Made by a program: the position numbers and the translations under genes. Below the pieces are notes generated by a model. The model saw only the letters and a list, made by a program, of their open reading frames with translations, searched no databases and had not been told where the DNA came from. Shown here one piece after another: positions 51,110-61,088 of a DNA stretch of 64,000 nucleotides; the first letter of the stretch is position 1, and every line of letters begins with the position of its first letter. The stretch covers positions 2,988 to 66,987 of the forward strand of contig CAIRTW010000350.1 of assembly GCA_903881585.1 (NCBI GenBank), in the 5' to 3' direction. This DNA comes from an uncultured Bacteroidota bacterium (GTDB lineage: Bacteria; Bacteroidota; Bacteroidia; Chitinophagales; Chitinophagaceae).

Positions 51110-52441
51110 TTATATTGCCGGTACCGGCGTTATGCCTGTTGTCGTTTTAGTTGTTTTTGTTTTCTTCCCTTCCAATGCCGCAACTGCTATTTCTTCTGTT
51201 GCCGCTTCTTCCGTTTCTTCATTTTCTTCAGCGGGCTCATCAAAAGTCCGCTCCGTTACTTTCTTCCGTGGCTTCCGCTCGGGCTTCTTTACACCTTCCA
51301 TTTCATCCACATACCTGCTTACACTCAGTACTATGCCTATAGCAATACTGGTGAACCATATAGAGGACCCGCCCATGCTGATCATAGGAAGCGTGAGGCC
51401 CGTAACGGGCACCAGGTGCACGTTCACTGCCATATTCAACATAGCCTGAAATACCAAGGTGATGCTGAGCCCGACTGCGAGGAACGCCCCAAACGCAAAA
51501 GGACACCGCTTAAAGATGAGTATGCTGCGCCACAAGAACAGCAAGTACAGCATCATTACCACAGCGCCACCTAACAATCCGTATTCTTCGATAATGATCG
51601 CAAAAATGAAGTCGGAATAAGGGTGCGGCAGGAAGTTTTTCTGGAGGCTTTTACCAGGCCCTTTGCCTGTTATGCCGCCATTGGCGATGGCGATCTTCGC
51701 CTGCTGCACCTGGTAAACATCTTCGGTCTTCCCATCTTTCTTTTTGCCGCCGGCGAAGTCTTCTATTCGCTGCTGCCATGTTTTCGCCCGTCCAAACCCG
51801 GTAAGCTTGGAGACCGTGAACAATACAGAGATACCAATGATACCAACAGCGCCAAGTAACAACAGGTGCTTCACCTGCACACGGCCAATGAAGAATACAA
51901 TGCTGCAGGTAGCGCCCAGCATTAATGCTGTGGACAGATTAGCGGGCGCAATGAGTGCACAAGTAAACAACATGGGCAACAGCACAGGGATGAAGCCTTT
52001 TTTCAGATCCTTGATCACATCCTGCTTCATGCTCAGCACGCGGGCGAGGAACATGAACAGTGCCAGCTTGGCAAGGTCTGATGTCTGGAACGTGAGATTG
52101 ATGACCGGCAGCTTTATCCAGCGAGAGCCCTCATTAAGACTGGTGCCGAAAAACAATGTATATACTAATAACGGCAGGCTCAGCAAATATAAGATCACCG
52201 CTATGCGCGCAAATTTTGTGTAGTTTATTTTATGTACCCAGTAAGTGATAAGCAAGCCGAGGCCCAATACCATTACCTGCTTTACCAGGTAGTAGCTCGA
52301 GTTCTTCTCCATGCGGTAAGCCAGCGACCCTGTGCTGCTATATACCGCCAGCAGGCTGATGAAGGACAACAGCACGACCACGCCCCAGATAACCTGGTCG
52401 CCCTTCGTCTTCGTCAGTAATTGCTTCATGTGGTCTGCCAT
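51110..52441 (-). CDS. ftsW: SEDS peptidoglycan polymerase FtsW
   Basis: SRWI, FQTSDLAK, LPHPYSDFIF, GLTLPMISMGGSS. Confidence 0.95.
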   Translation of the reverse strand: MADHMKQLLTKTKGDQVIWGVVVLLSFISLLAVYSSTGSLAYRMEKNSSYYLVKQVMVLGLGLLITYWVHKINYTKFARIAVILYLLSLPLLVYTLFFGTSLNEGSRWIKLPVINLTFQTSDLAKLALFMFLARVLSMKQDVIKDLKKGFIPVLLPMLFTCALIAPANLSTALMLGATCSIVFFIGRVQVKHLLLLGAVGIIGISVLFTVSKLTGFGRAKTWQQRIEDFAGGKKKDGKTEDVYQVQQAKIAIANGGITGKGPGKSLQKNFLPHPYSDFIFAIIIEEYGLLGGAVVMMLYLLFLWRSILIFKRCPFAFGAFLAVGLSITLVFQAMLNMAVNVHLVPVTGLTLPMISMGGSSIWFTSIAIGIVLSVSRYVDEMEGVKKPERKPRKKVTERTFDEPAEENEETEEAATEEIAVAALEGKKTKTTKTTTGITPVPAI

Positions 52442-52551
52442 TTCCAAATAAAAGTCAAAAAATTAAAAATCAAAACCTAAGCCTAATTCAACCGTTCACT
52501 CTATCAATTCACACAACAATCCAAATTCCCTAATTCCCAATTCCATAAGAA

Positions 52552-53907
52552 CTACAAATTCTTCACTGCTTGCTTAAACTGTATTCCTCTGTCTTCATAG
52601 TTTTTAAACAAATCGAAACTGGCGCATGCAGGGGAAAGCAGCACTACGTCGTTGCCCTGGGCCAATCTGTATGCTGCCTTTACGGCCGCCTCTGCACTGT
52701 TAGTATCCACTATCGTCTCTACCACATCGTCGAATGCGGCATGAATAGGCGTGTTGTCAACACCCATGCACACAATGGCATGTACTTTTTCGGCAACCAG
52801 GTTCAGTATTTCGGTATAGTCATTTCCTTTATCCTGTCCGCCGAGGATGAGCACCACCGGCTTCTTCATGCTTTCCAGCGCAAACCAAACCGAATTAACA
52901 TTAGTTGCTTTGCTATCATTAATGAAATCGACGCCGCGCACGGTAGCTACAAACTCGAGGCGGTGTTCCAGCCCTTCAAAACCCGCGAATGTCTCTTTAA
53001 GTTTTTCCCTTCTCACGCCCGCTATGCGCGCCGATATACCCGCTGCCATGCTGTTATATTGATTGTGACGGCCTTTTATAGACAGATCGTGGATCGACAT
53101 GTCCAGGTTGTCATTATCGAAGTCTATGCGCATGCGTTCATTGCGGATGAATCCGCCTTCGTTGCCAATGTTGTTATCGCTCATCGTAAAGTGTATTGTA
53201 GTAGCGTGAATAGAATGGGTTGCGATATAATCTCTTATTACTTTGTCATCTGTATTTATTACGAAGTAGTCGTTGTGAGTCTGGTACTTTGTTATGTTGA
53301 ATTTTGAAGCCACATAGTTGTCAAATACATAGTCGTAGCGGTCCAGGTGGTCGGGCGTAATGTTCAGCAGCACAGCCACATCCGGCCGGAACTGGTGAAT
53401 ATCATCGAGCTGAAAACTACTTACCTCCATCACATACCATTTGCATGGCCGCTCGGCTATCTGGCGTGCAAAGCTGTAGCCTATATTACCCACCATTGCC
53501 ACGTCGTAGTCGGCGTTCTTTAGTATGGTATAGGTCAGCTTTGTTGTGGTGCTTTTGCCATTGCTGCCGGTGATGGCTATTATCTTACTATCCCCTTTAT
53601 ACCTGAAACCAAACTCTATCTCGCTGCACACCTCTATCCCTGCGGCACGTACCAGCTTCATGATCGGTGTTTTGTCGCTGATGCCGGGGCTTTTCACCAG
53701 GCATACGGCAGAAAGCACCTTGTCAGAGGTATGTGATCCTTCTTCAAACGCTATTTCCTGCTGCTGCAACACTTGTCTAAACTGTTCTTTTATCGTTCCG
53801 CCATCGCTTACAAACACGTCCCACCCTTGTTGCTTTCCCAGCAAGGCTGCGCCCACACCGCTTTCCGCGGCGCCGAGTATCACGAGGCGTTTTGTGTTTG
53901 TGCTCAC
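52552..53907 (-). CDS. murD: UDP-MurNAc-L-Ala--D-glutamate ligase
   Basis: GSNGKSTT, EVSSFQL, DHLDRY, NDSKATN, LSPACASFD. Confidence 0.98.
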   Translation of the reverse strand: MSTNTKRLVILGAAESGVGAALLGKQQGWDVFVSDGGTIKEQFRQVLQQQEIAFEEGSHTSDKVLSAVCLVKSPGISDKTPIMKLVRAAGIEVCSEIEFGFRYKGDSKIIAITGSNGKSTTTKLTYTILKNADYDVAMVGNIGYSFARQIAERPCKWYVMEVSSFQLDDIHQFRPDVAVLLNITPDHLDRYDYVFDNYVASKFNITKYQTHNDYFVINTDDKVIRDYIATHSIHATTIHFTMSDNNIGNEGGFIRNERMRIDFDNDNLDMSIHDLSIKGRHNQYNSMAAGISARIAGVRREKLKETFAGFEGLEHRLEFVATVRGVDFINDSKATNVNSVWFALESMKKPVVLILGGQDKGNDYTEILNLVAEKVHAIVCMGVDNTPIHAAFDDVVETIVDTNSAEAAVKAAYRLAQGNDVVLLSPACASFDLFKNYEDRGIQFKQAVKNL

Positions 53908-55178
53908 TATTGCAGTTTTAATGTTACGATACTCATTATCGCCAGCAGGATACCTATGATCCAGAAGCGGGTTACTATTTTTGATTCGTGGTATCCTGAT
54001 TTCTGATAGTGATGGTGCAGCGGCGCCATCTTAAATATCCGTCGGCCTTCGCCATACTTCTTCTTCGTGCGCTTGAAGTACCATACCTGCAGTACCACGG
54101 AAAGATTCTCTACGAGGAAGATGCCGCAGATAATAGGTATCAATAATTCTTTGCGCACGATTATGGCAAGGGAAGCAATGATTCCACCTAGCGCAAGGCT
54201 GCCGGTATCGCCCATAAAAACCTGCGCAGGATAGGCGTTATACCAAAGGAACCCAACACATGCCCCAACAAATGCACCAATGAAAATGGATAGCTCACCA
54301 AGGTTCGGGATGTCCATTATATTCAGGTAGCCGGCAAAAAGATAGTTGCCCGATACATACGCAAACACGCCCAGGCAAACACCTATTATGGCCGACACCC
54401 CGGTAGCGAGGCCATCAATTCCATCTGTGATATTGGCGCCGTTGGACACTGCCACGATTATGAAGATGACAAACAGGATATAGATGATCGGCGTTGTTAT
54501 CGCCACATATTTCTCACCGAATATCTTCGCTATTTTTTCATACCGGAATTCATGACCCTTTATAAATGGAATAGTGGTGGTTGCAGTTCTCACATTTACA
54601 TACGCCTGCGTCTTGCCATTTTCATCTTTTCTTGTGAATTGCCCGGCCTCCAGTTTTTCAGCGGCGCTGTGCAGGCCATTGTTTCCGGGGCCCACTTCCC
54701 TGCTGATCACTACATGGTTGTTGTAGTACATGGTAACACCAATGATGATACCGAGCCCTACCTGTCCCAATATTTTAAAACGACCAGCCAGGCCTTCTTT
54801 ATTCTTTTTGAACACCTTGATATAGTCATCCAGGAAGCCGACCAGGCCCAGCCATATGGTAGAAACCAGCATGAGCACTATATACACATTGAGCACACGG
54901 GCAAACAAAAGTGTTGGTATCAGGATGGCCGAGATGATGATGAGCCCACCCATAGTTGGCGTGCCTCTCTTTTGTGCTTCGCCGGCAAGCCCAAGATCGC
55001 GCACTGTTTCGCCGATCTGCTTGCGCTGCAAGAACGCAATGAGCCGCTTACCCATGAGCATGGATATCACCAGAGAAAGGATGATGGCCATGGCTACACG
55101 GAACGTAATAAAATTGAACACCCCTGCCCCCGTAAGGTGGATGGTATCGCGCAGGTATGTGAACAAATAGTACAGCAT
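53907..55178 (-). CDS. mraY: Phospho-MurNAc-pentapeptide transferase
   Basis: [35 protein letters not shown]. Confidence 0.98.
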   Translation of the reverse strand: MLYYLFTYLRDTIHLTGAGVFNFITFRVAMAIILSLVISMLMGKRLIAFLQRKQIGETVRDLGLAGEAQKRGTPTMGGLIIISAILIPTLLFARVLNVYIVLMLVSTIWLGLVGFLDDYIKVFKKNKEGLAGRFKILGQVGLGIIIGVTMYYNNHVVISREVGPGNNGLHSAAEKLEAGQFTRKDENGKTQAYVNVRTATTTIPFIKGHEFRYEKIAKIFGEKYVAITTPIIYILFVIFIIVAVSNGANITDGIDGLATGVSAIIGVCLGVFAYVSGNYLFAGYLNIMDIPNLGELSIFIGAFVGACVGFLWYNAYPAQVFMGDTGSLALGGIIASLAIIVRKELLIPIICGIFLVENLSVVLQVWYFKRTKKKYGEGRRIFKMAPLHHHYQKSGYHESKIVTRFWIIGILLAIMSIVTLKLQ

Positions 55179-55182
55179 CGCC

Positions 55183-56649
55183 TTATTTATTTAATGTTTC
55201 AAACGCTTCGGTTAATACTTCGCGGTCGTCAAAATGATGTTTTACTCCCTTTATCTCCTGGTATGTTTCGTGCCCTTTACCGGCAATCAGTATTATATCC
55301 CCGGCTTGCGCCAATGAACACGCTACCTTTATCGCCTCTCTTCTGTCTGTTATGCGCAGGCTCTTTCTCTTCTGCGGTGCAGTAAGTCCGGCCTCCATTT
55401 CATTCAGTATTTCTTCCGGGTCTTCGCTTCGCGGATTGTCTGCTGTGAGTATCGCTTTATCGCTATGCTCGCAAACTACCTGAGCCATTATCGGCCGCTT
55501 GGTCTTGTCGCGGTCGCCACCACAGCCGGCCACGGTTATTAGTTGCTGCCCGTCCTGGCGCAACTGGTTTATGGTAGCCAGCACATTTATCAATGCATCG
55601 GGGCTATGTGCGTAATCCACAATGCCGAGTATTTTATCCTTCGGTGACAGATATGTTTCAAACCTACCGGCCGCTCCCTGCAGGCCGCTGAGCACTGCCA
55701 GTACTTCCATCTTATCTTCTCCCAGCAATTTTGCAGCACCGTACACAGCAAGCAAGTTGTAGGCATTGAATGTACCTATAAGCCGGAAGTGTACGTCCTG
55801 CCCGTCTATGTTCATAAACAAGCCGGTAAGATTATTTTCCAGTACTTTACCTTTCACTGTTGCCGGCATACGCAGGCTATAGGTGTGTTTATCTGCTTTT
55901 GTATTCTGCAGCATCACCATACCACGCTTATCATCGGCATTAGTTAGTGCAAAAGCGTCTTCTGGCAGATCGTCAAAGAATTGCTTCTTTACACGGATGT
56001 ATTCGTCAAATGTTTTGTGGTAGTCGAGATGATCGTGGGTAATGTTTGTAAACACGCCACCTACAAACCTGATGCCTGCAATACGGCGCTGGTGAATGGC
56101 GTGAGAACTCACCTCCATAAAAGCATAAGTACAGCCCGCATCCGCCATTTCTCTCAGCAAAGCATGAATAGATACCGAATCAGGCGTTGTGTGCGTTGCC
56201 TTGACAACCTTATCATGAATGTGGTTTTGCACAGTAGAAAGCAAGCCGCTTTTATGGCCCAGCGCTTCAAACAATTTGTATAAAAGCGTAGCGGTAGTTG
56301 TCTTACCATTGGTTCCGGTAATACCCACCACTTTCAATTCTTCTGACGGGAAACCATAAAACGCATCGGCTATAAGGCCTGCCGCTTCTGCGCTATCCTG
56401 TACCTGCACAAAAGTGATCCCGGCTGCCATCATTTCCGGCAGCCGCTCGCATACGATCACTGACGCACCTTGCCCGATAGCCTTCTCAATAAATGCATGG
56501 CCGTCGGAAAGCGTGCCTCTTACCGCAACAAATGCGCTACCCTTCGTCACCTTACGAGAGTCGATGCAGACACTGCCAACCGGCATTGCCAGATCGCCCT
56601 GCGTTGCCACCGGGGTCACATTTATCAATATGTCGCGTAGTACCGGCAT
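55183..56649 (-). CDS. murE: UDP-MurNAc-dipeptide--meso-DAP ligase
   Basis: GTNGKTT, MEVSSH, DYAH, DNPR (mDAP-specific), AGKGHE. Confidence 0.98.
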   Translation of the reverse strand: MPVLRDILINVTPVATQGDLAMPVGSVCIDSRKVTKGSAFVAVRGTLSDGHAFIEKAIGQGASVIVCERLPEMMAAGITFVQVQDSAEAAGLIADAFYGFPSEELKVVGITGTNGKTTTATLLYKLFEALGHKSGLLSTVQNHIHDKVVKATHTTPDSVSIHALLREMADAGCTYAFMEVSSHAIHQRRIAGIRFVGGVFTNITHDHLDYHKTFDEYIRVKKQFFDDLPEDAFALTNADDKRGMVMLQNTKADKHTYSLRMPATVKGKVLENNLTGLFMNIDGQDVHFRLIGTFNAYNLLAVYGAAKLLGEDKMEVLAVLSGLQGAAGRFETYLSPKDKILGIVDYAHSPDALINVLATINQLRQDGQQLITVAGCGGDRDKTKRPIMAQVVCEHSDKAILTADNPRSEDPEEILNEMEAGLTAPQKRKSLRITDRREAIKVACSLAQAGDIILIAGKGHETYQEIKGVKHHFDDREVLTEAFETLNK

Positions 56650-58739
56650 TAGCTTAATTGCAGTATTATTGTTTGTCCTTTTGTTATTATTGTTCCTGGT
56701 GTTATCGATTGTCCGCGTACTTTTCCTTTTCCCTGCACTGTCACCTGCAGGCCGCTTACTTCCAGCATGTACACCGCATCTTTCACACCCATACCCGTTA
56801 GGTCCGGCATTATGTTGCGGTATATTTTCTTTGCAGTAACGGCCATGTGCCGGTTAGAGTCTGTCTTCAACTCCATCATCCGGTTAACATCTTCTCCCGG
56901 TAATGAGGTATGCTTATCCAATGCGTTCAGCATTACGCGGTAGTTCCTTGCAGTCGCCGCCTTTGCGGATATAGTGCCACCGCCGTTTTTAGCAAGGCTA
57001 TCCAGCGGCCCGGCCCATGCGCCGATATTCTCAGAGAAAATTTTATCTGCAACCATGCGGAATACAGGTGCAGCAATAGCGCCACCATAGTATGCTGCTG
57101 AATTCGGCTTGGTCCTGATCACAACGCATATGGTATATTTAGGCTGGTCGGCTGGAAGAAATCCAACAAATGAACCCTGGTACACACCATCTGTATATCT
57201 GATGCCTTTGTCGGCAACCTGTGCCGTGCCCGTCTTTCCTGCCATTGTGTAGTATGGCGATTCAATGCCCTTGGCTGTACCTTCTGTGACCACGGCACGC
57301 ATACACTTTTGTATCTGGGCCACTACCGATGAGTCGCCCACCTGCTCTATTTCAGTTGGCTCAAAGTTTTTCACTTCTTTACCATATTCTTTTATGGAGC
57401 TTACCAGGTATGGTTTCATCATCTTGCCGTTATTGGCAATGGAATTGTACAACATACAAGTATGCAGTGGTGTGATCTGCACATTATAGCCCGCAGCCAT
57501 CCATGGAAGAGATGTATTGCTCCACTCTTTGGAACCAGGCGTTACGACATGAGTCGGCCGCTCTCCTATCAGGTCTATACCGGTAGGCTTATCCAGGTGC
57601 AGCGCTTTGAGGTGGTCTGTGAATTTCGCGGGATTTTCGTGATAATACGTATAGGCCAGTTTTGCAAAAGCCGCGTTGCTTGATTCGGCATATGCTTTCC
57701 ATATAGGCATAGCATGTAAGCCAAGGTGCGAGTCCCTCATCACTTCGTTGCCAAAATGTATAGCGCCGCCTTCTGCATCCACTATATTCTCTACATTAGT
57801 GAGCTTGTCATTCAGCAGTGACAGCAGGGTTACCAGCTTAAACGTAGAGCCCGGTTCGGTAGGGCTAAGCGCATAGTTGTAATCTTCCCAGTAGCTGCCG
57901 TCTTTTTGCCGTCCCAGGTTCACCAGGGTGCGTATTTTGCCGGTTTTGACTTCCATTACAATGCAGGTACCGTAGAGGCATTCATACTTTTCGAGAATGC
58001 TCATAAGCGCATGCTCGGCCACATCCTGCACATTGATGTCGATAGTGGTCACAATGTCTTCGCCATTTACAGGGTCCACTTCAGAGCCTTCTATGGGCAC
58101 CCAGACATTACCCGTGCTTTTCTGCACTACACGACGGCCATTCTCACCTATCAGTTCCTTGTTATACTTTGCTTCAAGCCCGGTTATGTTGCTGTCCCTG
58201 AATTCGCCGATAACGCGCTTTGCCAGCAGATCGTATGGCGTTGTTCGTTTTTCTTTCGAGTCTTCTATGAAGCCACCATAGCCCTTCCCCTTATTAAAGA
58301 TCGGGAATGACCGAAGCGCCTCATATTGGTAATATTTCAGCTTGTGACCCAGTGGATAATACTTGTCCTCCTCATTATATGCACGTACAAACTCTTCCTT
58401 ATACTCTTCCGCCGACTTATCAGCAAACAGGCGCGAAACGCAACGGGAAAGCGAATCGATATTTTTTGCAAACAGCCCGGAGTCTATAACCGAGAAATCG
58501 ATATGCACATCAAATTCCGGTATTGAGGAACTAAGCAACACACCGTCTTCCGTATATATATTCCCCCGTTCGGCCATTAGTGTATCGAAACGCGTATGCA
58601 TTTCTTTTGCCATGGCACGTAGCTTCGGCCCTTCTTTTACCTGGATCATAGCGGCCTTGATGATGATAGCAAGCCCAAACACGCAAATGCATGTAAAAGC
58701 GATGTACACCCTGAACCGTATGTCTTTTTTTATGTCCAC
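56649..58739 (-). CDS. ftsI: Class B PBP FtsI with C-terminal PASTA domain (GTG start)
   Basis: RGNIY, EPGSTFK (SxxK), SSN, KTGTAQ, MPDLTGM. Confidence 0.95.
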   Translation of the reverse strand: MDIKKDIRFRVYIAFTCICVFGLAIIIKAAMIQVKEGPKLRAMAKEMHTRFDTLMAERGNIYTEDGVLLSSSIPEFDVHIDFSVIDSGLFAKNIDSLSRCVSRLFADKSAEEYKEEFVRAYNEEDKYYPLGHKLKYYQYEALRSFPIFNKGKGYGGFIEDSKEKRTTPYDLLAKRVIGEFRDSNITGLEAKYNKELIGENGRRVVQKSTGNVWVPIEGSEVDPVNGEDIVTTIDINVQDVAEHALMSILEKYECLYGTCIVMEVKTGKIRTLVNLGRQKDGSYWEDYNYALSPTEPGSTFKLVTLLSLLNDKLTNVENIVDAEGGAIHFGNEVMRDSHLGLHAMPIWKAYAESSNAAFAKLAYTYYHENPAKFTDHLKALHLDKPTGIDLIGERPTHVVTPGSKEWSNTSLPWMAAGYNVQITPLHTCMLYNSIANNGKMMKPYLVSSIKEYGKEVKNFEPTEIEQVGDSSVVAQIQKCMRAVVTEGTAKGIESPYYTMAGKTGTAQVADKGIRYTDGVYQGSFVGFLPADQPKYTICVVIRTKPNSAAYYGGAIAAPVFRMVADKIFSENIGAWAGPLDSLAKNGGGTISAKAATARNYRVMLNALDKHTSLPGEDVNRMMELKTDSNRHMAVTAKKIYRNIMPDLTGMGVKDAVYMLEVSGLQVTVQGKGKVRGQSITPGTIITKGQTIILQLS

Positions 58740-58823
58740 TTTTTTTAGTCTAAAGTATTTAGTAGAAAGTCTAAAGCTGTTTCCCAAACAATCCCAATTC
58801 CCAACTACTAATTCCCAATTCCT

Positions 58824-59180
58824 TTATTTCTTTATCTTGTACGCCGGAAGCAAAGAAGGTTTAAGCCCTATTTTTTCTGCATTCCTTATTACCTGTGTTT
58901 CTGTCTTCACATACATCAGCTGCGACTTGGTGTCCATATACTTCCACCGCAGTTCCTTTATGATCTTGTTCTGCGCATTAATCTCCCGCTGTATATCAAT
59001 AGCACGATGGCTGTTGCTGATATACAACACGCACAAAAGGGCTATAAAGGCCAGGAAAGGAATATTATTGACTATCGCTTTATAAGACACTTTTTCCACC
59101 AACGACCGCCAGTCGTTCCTAACCCGCTGTGCGGGCGTCAGCGCTTCCTGCGGCTGACTCATCTGCTCTTCGTTACTCAT
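58824..59180 (-). CDS. ftsL: FtsL-like protein
   Basis: One TM helix then coiled coil; between rsmH and ftsI. Confidence 0.85.
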   Translation of the reverse strand: MSNEEQMSQPQEALTPAQRVRNDWRSLVEKVSYKAIVNNIPFLAFIALLCVLYISNSHRAIDIQREINAQNKIIKELRWKYMDTKSQLMYVKTETQVIRNAEKIGLKPSLLPAYKIKK

Positions 59181-59182
59181 AT

Positions 59183-59283
59183 AAACCCTAAATCCCTAAA
59201 GGGACTTTCCCTTGTTATCTGTTTCAATTATTCCACCCCTACTCTTCATCCTATGAGGAAGCCCCTTTATGGGTTTGGGGTTT
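59183..59283. repeat. REP-doublet overlapping the rsmH stop
   Basis: AAACCCTAAATCCCTAAAGGGACTT ... AAGCCCCTTTATGGGTTTGGGGTTT imperfect inverted pair. Confidence 0.65.
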
Positions 59284-60178
59284 TCTCTGCCACCCTCAAC
59301 CGTGCGCTGCGCGAGCGCGGGTTTTTCTTCAATTCTTCCTCACCGGGTTCTATCGGTTTTGCATTTACGGGTTTCAGCAGGGGCACTATTGCTTCTTCAT
59401 ATTCGCCAGCTTCGTCCCAACGCCCTCTTTTTATATAGTGCTTCACTATCCGGTCTTCCAGCGAGTGAAACGATATCACACTTAGTCGCCCCCCTGGTTT
59501 CAGGCTCGTGGCTGCCTGCTGTAAAAATTCCTTCAGCGCACCCAGCTCGTCATTCACTTCTATCCGCAATGCCTGGAACACCTGTGCCAGGTACTTGTTA
59601 GGGTTGCCCCGTATCACCGGTCCCAGCATTGCTTTCAATCCCTCTATCGTTTGCACCGTGCGCCCTTTTCGTTGTCCTGCAATGTGTTTTGCCAGTTCTT
59701 TCGAATTGCGCACTTCACCGTATTGTTCAAAGAGCGTATGCAACTGTTGTTCGCTGTATGTCCTCAAAATCTCTGCGGCCGTCAGTTCCGATCGTTTGTC
59801 CATCCTCATATCCAGCGGTCCGTCGAAGCGTATCGAAAAACCACGTTCTGCGGTGTCAAACTGAAAAGAACTTACCCCGAGGTCTGCCAGTATCCCATCC
59901 ACTTCACTCTGCCCGTGCAACCTTAAAAACCGCTTCAGGTATTTAAAGTTCTCGGTCACCGGGATCAGCCTTGCATCATCCGGCTTATTCTTCCATGCAT
60001 CGGCATCCTGGTCAAATGCTATCAGCTTTCCCTGCGGCCCCAGCTTTTCCAGTATCAGCCTGCTGTGCCCACCACCACCAAATGTGGCATCCACATATAC
60101 ACCGTTTTCCTTTATTGCCAAACCATCTACTGCCTCATGTAAAAGAACTGTTGTGTGGTAAAAACCAGGTGTGCCCAT
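59267..60178 (-). CDS. rsmH: 16S rRNA m4C1402 methyltransferase
   Basis: DATFGGGGHS, DLGVSS, RGFS, FQALRIEVN, SFHSLEDR, NPRSRSA; start MGTPG. Confidence 0.98.
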   Translation of the reverse strand: MGTPGFYHTTVLLHEAVDGLAIKENGVYVDATFGGGGHSRLILEKLGPQGKLIAFDQDADAWKNKPDDARLIPVTENFKYLKRFLRLHGQSEVDGILADLGVSSFQFDTAERGFSIRFDGPLDMRMDKRSELTAAEILRTYSEQQLHTLFEQYGEVRNSKELAKHIAGQRKGRTVQTIEGLKAMLGPVIRGNPNKYLAQVFQALRIEVNDELGALKEFLQQAATSLKPGGRLSVISFHSLEDRIVKHYIKRGRWDEAGEYEEAIVPLLKPVNAKPIEPGEEELKKNPRSRSARLRVAEKTPNP

Positions 60179-60179
60179 T

Positions 60180-60647
60180 TTATAGATTTTCAAAAGGGTT
60201 CCCAAAATCATTTGCCACATCTTCCGCCAACTTGCTGAAACCACCAACACGCTCACGGAGATAATTATAATAAGTATCTTTATCCCACAATTCCACTTTA
60301 TTGCCCTGCGCACTTAACACAGCATCTTTCTTGATACCTGCATGGTCCTGCAAAGGTTTGGGCAGCAGTATGCGGTCGGCACTATCTGCCTCCACTATTG
60401 TTGCCCCATTCAGAAATAATCTTTTGAATTCTCTTACGGCCGGTTTGAAATCATTAAGGCGATTTATCTTTTCACTGATCGCACTCCAGACATCCATTGT
60501 GTATATCGACAGGCAATTTTCAAAACCACGGTTTATGACAAACTTTTCCCCCATCCCTTCAGCAAGCTGCTTCCGGAATCCCGATGGCAATAAGAAGCGC
60601 CCTTTGGCGTCTATTGCTACTTCATATTCACCGAGAAAACTAGTCAT
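60180..60647 (-). CDS. mraZ: Transcriptional regulator MraZ
   Basis: FLGEY...DAKGR, DSADR, VELWD; start MTSFLG. Confidence 0.96.
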   Translation of the reverse strand: MTSFLGEYEVAIDAKGRFLLPSGFRKQLAEGMGEKFVINRGFENCLSIYTMDVWSAISEKINRLNDFKPAVREFKRLFLNGATIVEADSADRILLPKPLQDHAGIKKDAVLSAQGNKVELWDKDTYYNYLRERVGGFSKLAEDVANDFGNPFENL

Positions 60648-60679
60648 GTGTGTGTTGAAACTCTGCAAAAACAATTCTT

Positions 60680-60715
60680 CCCACAAAATAACACATTTCT
60701 CCACTATTTTCCACA
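60680..60715 (-). promoter_or_regulatory. MraZ operator (GTGG repeats, 10-bp period)
   Basis: CCAC at 60681, 60701, 60711 and ACAC at 60691 on the plus strand. Confidence 0.75.
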
Positions 60716-60923
60716 GAATTAACATTACATATTTATCCACATCCTGATATATGAGCTGAAAGCCTTACCTGTATTGGCTATCAGCAGCATTTGTGGTCAA
60801 AAACCACAAAAAGGATGTTGATAACCTGTTAGTTGGAGTGGATAAGCTGTTTGTTAGGAACACAAAAAATGCGGCTATAACCTGTAAATTGGAAAATTCT
60901 GGCGAAAAACGGAATGTGGATAA
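60707..60923. promoter_or_regulatory. DnaA-box cluster
   Basis: TTTTCCACA 60707, TTATCCACA 60733, TGTTGATAA 60816, AGTGGATAA 60837, TGTGGATAA 60915. Confidence 0.75.
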
Positions 60924-61088
60924 CTGCATTTTTTCCTCTCTTTTTTGTTTTTAGTTGATATTTCTGCGCGCTCCTTACCGGCAATTTTCATTTTACAAAA
61001 TTGTTAAAAGCGGCATAATTTTTGCCTTTAAATAAAATACAATCCATTTAGTTTTATTTAATAACTAACGGTTAATAAACGCACTTTT

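Noticed and set aside
44279-60647. murF, murB and ddl missing from the dcw cluster
   Set aside because: This is the usual Bacteroidota arrangement.
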